Shown piece after piece: positions 60,296 through 63,442 of a stretch of DNA of 63,442 nucleotides. The position numbers and the translations under genes are program-made. This DNA comes from Chiloscyllium plagiosum (lineage: Eukaryota): assembly GCF_004010195.1 (NCBI RefSeq), contig NC_057719.1:52151037-52214478 (forward strand), in the 5' to 3' direction. Position 1 is the stretch's first letter; each line of letters starts with the position of its first letter. Under the pieces are notes generated by a model. The model was not told the DNA's origin, searched no databases, and saw nothing but the letters and a program-made list of their open reading frames with translations.

Positions 60296-61121
60296 NNNNN
60301 NNNNNNNNNNNNNNNNNNNNNNNNNNNNNNNNNNNNNNNNNNNNNNNNNNNNNNNNNNNNNNNNNNNNNNNNNNNNNNNNNNNNNNNNNNNNNNNNNNNN
60401 NNNNNNNNNNNNNNNNNNNNNNNNNNNNNNNNNNNNNNNNNNNNNNNNNNNNNNNNNNNNNNNNNNNNNNNNNNNNNNNNNNNNNNNNNNNNNNNNNNNN
60501 NNNNNNNNNNNNNNNNNNNNNNNNNNNNNNNNNNNNNNNNNNNNNNNNNNNNNNNNNNNNNNNNNNNNNNNNNNNNNNNNNNNNNNNNNNNNNNNNNNNN
60601 NNNNNNNNNNNNNNNNNNNNNNNNNNNNNNNNNNNNNNNNNNNNNNNNNNNNNNNNNNNNNNNNNNNNNNNNNNNNNNNNNNNNNNNNNNNNNNNNNNNN
60701 NNNNNNNNNNNNNNNNNNNNNNNNNNNNNNNNNNNNNNNNNNNNNNNNNNNNNNNNNNNNNNNNNNNNNNNNNNNNNNNNNNNNNNNNNNNNNNNNNNNN
60801 NNNNNNNNNNNNNNNNNNNNNNNNNNNNNNNNNNNNNNNNNNNNNNNNNNNNNNNNNNNNNNNNNNNNNNNNNNNNNNNNNNNNNNNNNNNNNNNNNNNN
60901 NNNNNNNNNNNNNNNNNNNNNNNNNNNNNNNNNNNNNNNNNNNNNNNNNNNNNNNNNNNNNNNNNNNNNNNNNNNNNNNNNNNNNNNNNNNNNNNNNNNN
61001 NNNNNNNNNNNNNNNNNNNNNNNNNNNNNNNNNNNNNNNNNNNNNNNNNNNNNNNNNNNNNNNNNNNNNNNNNNNNNNNNNNNNNNNNNNNNNNNNNNNN
61101 NNNNNNNNNNNNNNNNNNNNN

Positions 61122-63442
61122 ACAGCCACATTTGCTTCCTCAGTGCCTGCCTCCGTAACCAACTCATCCCACATGGACTTCGGACCACCTTTAAACCAGC
61201 AGAGTTTGGATCCGAACAGGACAAACAGTACAGACTACAGATTCAAAAACACCAGCAACAGTTCTCCTTCAAGATCCTCCGCTCCATGCTTGCAGTAATG
61301 CGCTGGCACCTAACATCTCCACAGTCAGCCCAGCCTCAGCTGAGGGCCACAATTTCAGAATTTCAAAGGACCCACTCTGTACTACATCCTCAGGAGAATT
61401 CATACTCTCAACAAAAGGTATTTCAACTCCATCTCAAACATCAAAAACTGTAAGTACAACAAACTTTTATCTACCCACCTTCATAACCAGCGCTCCTCAA
61501 ACGTTCCAGAAGATTCCCCCGGCCTCCGGAACTGCTCCCACGCCATTAGCCATGCGGCTGGTGCAGCTGCCACCCCCATGCTGATTGATGATGTCACTTC
61601 TGCCCCCATCATGGCCACTCCCACAACCACTTCCGCCCATCACAATTCCTCATGCATCACATGTGACATCACTTCCGCCCCTCATATCATCGCTGATGTC
61701 ACATGATCAGTGACTTCCGCCATCCCTACAGCTGTGTCTGCCACCACTTCTGCCCCCACCAACGCCACTCACCTGCATTCTGCTGACCCGTCTCCAACAG
61801 ATCCCACTGTCACCATTCCTGGCCCCTAGAACCCTGAGGGGAACACCGCCCCTGCTCATGATTCCACCCCCATTACCCCCACTATCACACCCACTCCAGT
61901 TCCTGGCTCCGCCCCTACTCCCAGCTCCACACCCACACCAGATCCCAGCTCCCAGTCCTGCCCAGTCTTCACCATCCCTCCAGACCTTCCCCTCACTGAG
62001 GACAAACAATCAGTCTTCAGCAAAGGACTCACCTTCATCCCCCTCCGTCCACGCATCAATGAATTTAATACACGCAGTGACGTCGAACACTTCTTCCGCC
62101 GCCTCTGTGCTTACTTTCACAATCAGGACTCCTGCCTACCTTCCAAGGACCCCTTCGTCCACCTCCAACACACTGCATCCACCTGGACACCCCGTGCTGG
62201 CCTATTACCTGCCCTCTACCAATTCATTTCCAACTGCTGCCGAGACATTAACCGCCTCAACCTGTCTAGCCCCCTCCCCTACTCCAACCTCTCACCCTCA
62301 CAACACGCGGGCCTCCAATCCCTCTGCTCCAATCCCAACCTCACCATCAAGCCAGCGGATAAAGGGGGTGCAATGGTAGTCTGGCGCACTGACCTCTACA
62401 CCGCTGAAGCCAAACGCTAACTCGAGGACACCTCTTCCTACCGCCCCCTCAACCATGACACCACCCCTCATCACCAAACCATCATCTCCCAGACCATACA
62501 GAACCTCATCACCTCAGGAAATCTCCCACTCACAGCTTCCAACCTCATAGTCCGGGAACCCTGCACTGCCCAGTTCTACCTCCTTCCCGAGATCCGAGAT
62601 CCACAAGCCTGACCACACTGGCTGACCCATTGTCTCAGCATGCTCCTGCCCCACTGAACTCACCTCTACCTACGTTGACACTGTCCTATCCCCCCAGTCC
62701 AGGAAATCCCCACATACATTCGAGACACCACCCACGCCCTCCACCTCCTCCAAGACTTCCGTTTAGCCGACCCCCAAACCTCATCTTCACCATGGATATC
62801 CAATCCCTCTACACCTCCATCCGCCATGACCAGGGCCTCCAAGACCTCCATTTTATTCTCTCCCGACGTCCCCAACAGTACCCTTCCACCGACACTCTTA
62901 TTCGTTTGGCCGAACTGGTCCTCAACCTTAACAATTTCTCCTTCGAATCCTCCAGACCAAAGGGTAGCCATGGGCACATGTATGGGCCCCAGCTATGCCT
63001 GTCTCTTTGTTGGCTACATAGAACAGTCAATCTTCCGTAATTGCACCGGCACCACTCCCCACCTCTTCCTCCGCTACATTGTTGACTGCATTGGCACCAC
63101 CTCATGCTCCCACGAGAGTTTGAGCAATTCATCAACTTCACCAACACATTCCACCTTGACAATAAATTTGCCTGGACCATCTCTGACACCTCCCTTCCCT
63201 TCCTGGACCTCACCATCTCCATTAATGACAACCGACTTGACACTGACATTTTTTACAAACCCTACCTGGGTTACACCTCTTCCCAACCTACCTCTTGCAA
63301 AAATGCCATCCCATATTCCCAATTCCTCCGCCTCCGCTGTATCTGCTCCCAGGAGGACCAGTTCCACCACAGAACACACCAGATGGTCTCCTACTTTAGA
63401 GACCACAATTTCCCTTCCCACGTGGTTAAAGATGCCCTCCAA
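61122..63442 (+). pseudogene. Neptune-type PLE ORF N-terminus and RT, frameshifted, cut by window end
   Basis: HICFLSAC..LIPHG, SKGLTFIP, TIKPADKG, FTMDIQSLYTSI, VAMGTCMGPSYA, RYIVD (YIDD mutated), PFLDL, CKNAIPYSQFLRLRCICS. Confidence 0.92.

Noticed and set aside
60052..61224. Long ORFs across N runs (also at 5381-6050 and 55842-56276)
   Set aside because: Their length comes from assembly gaps translated as X.
1..63442. CRISPR array or prokaryotic operon
   Set aside because: No regularly spaced repeat-spacer structure or dense coding; the content is vertebrate retroelement DNA.

Overview
This is eukaryotic, non-genic DNA from a cartilaginous fish. HE1/V-type SINEs and their partner CR1 3' tails point to a shark or ray; the species cannot be fixed from sequence. 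I found no intact host gene, tRNA, rRNA or CRISPR array, and there are three N gaps (5566-5759, 56085-56211, 60296-61121). The window is a nested field of decayed retroelements. It holds many CR1 LINE copies, a Rex1/Babar-like fragment, a second CR1/L2-group LINE with its SINE, and five HE1-like SINEs. A Gmr1-like Ty3/gypsy element (12560-25329; PBS-Pro; gag-PR-IN-RT-RH order) is split by two head-to-head CR1s, and Neptune-type Penelope-like elements (PLEs) occur as well. The most notable system is a population of at least 15 short PLE-derived inserts from three sequence families. Most carry a minimal hammerhead ribozyme motif, some only the terminal arm. Many are fold-back palindromes with 9-16 bp target-site duplications, a fold point just 5' of the ribozyme core, and a ~35-nt tail on one arm only. 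Other oddities are a 72-bp target duplication around a 78-bp CR1 tail and a 157-bp locally templated copy fused to a SINE 5' end. Boundaries of old fragments are approximate, and family names come from motif recognition, not database searches.
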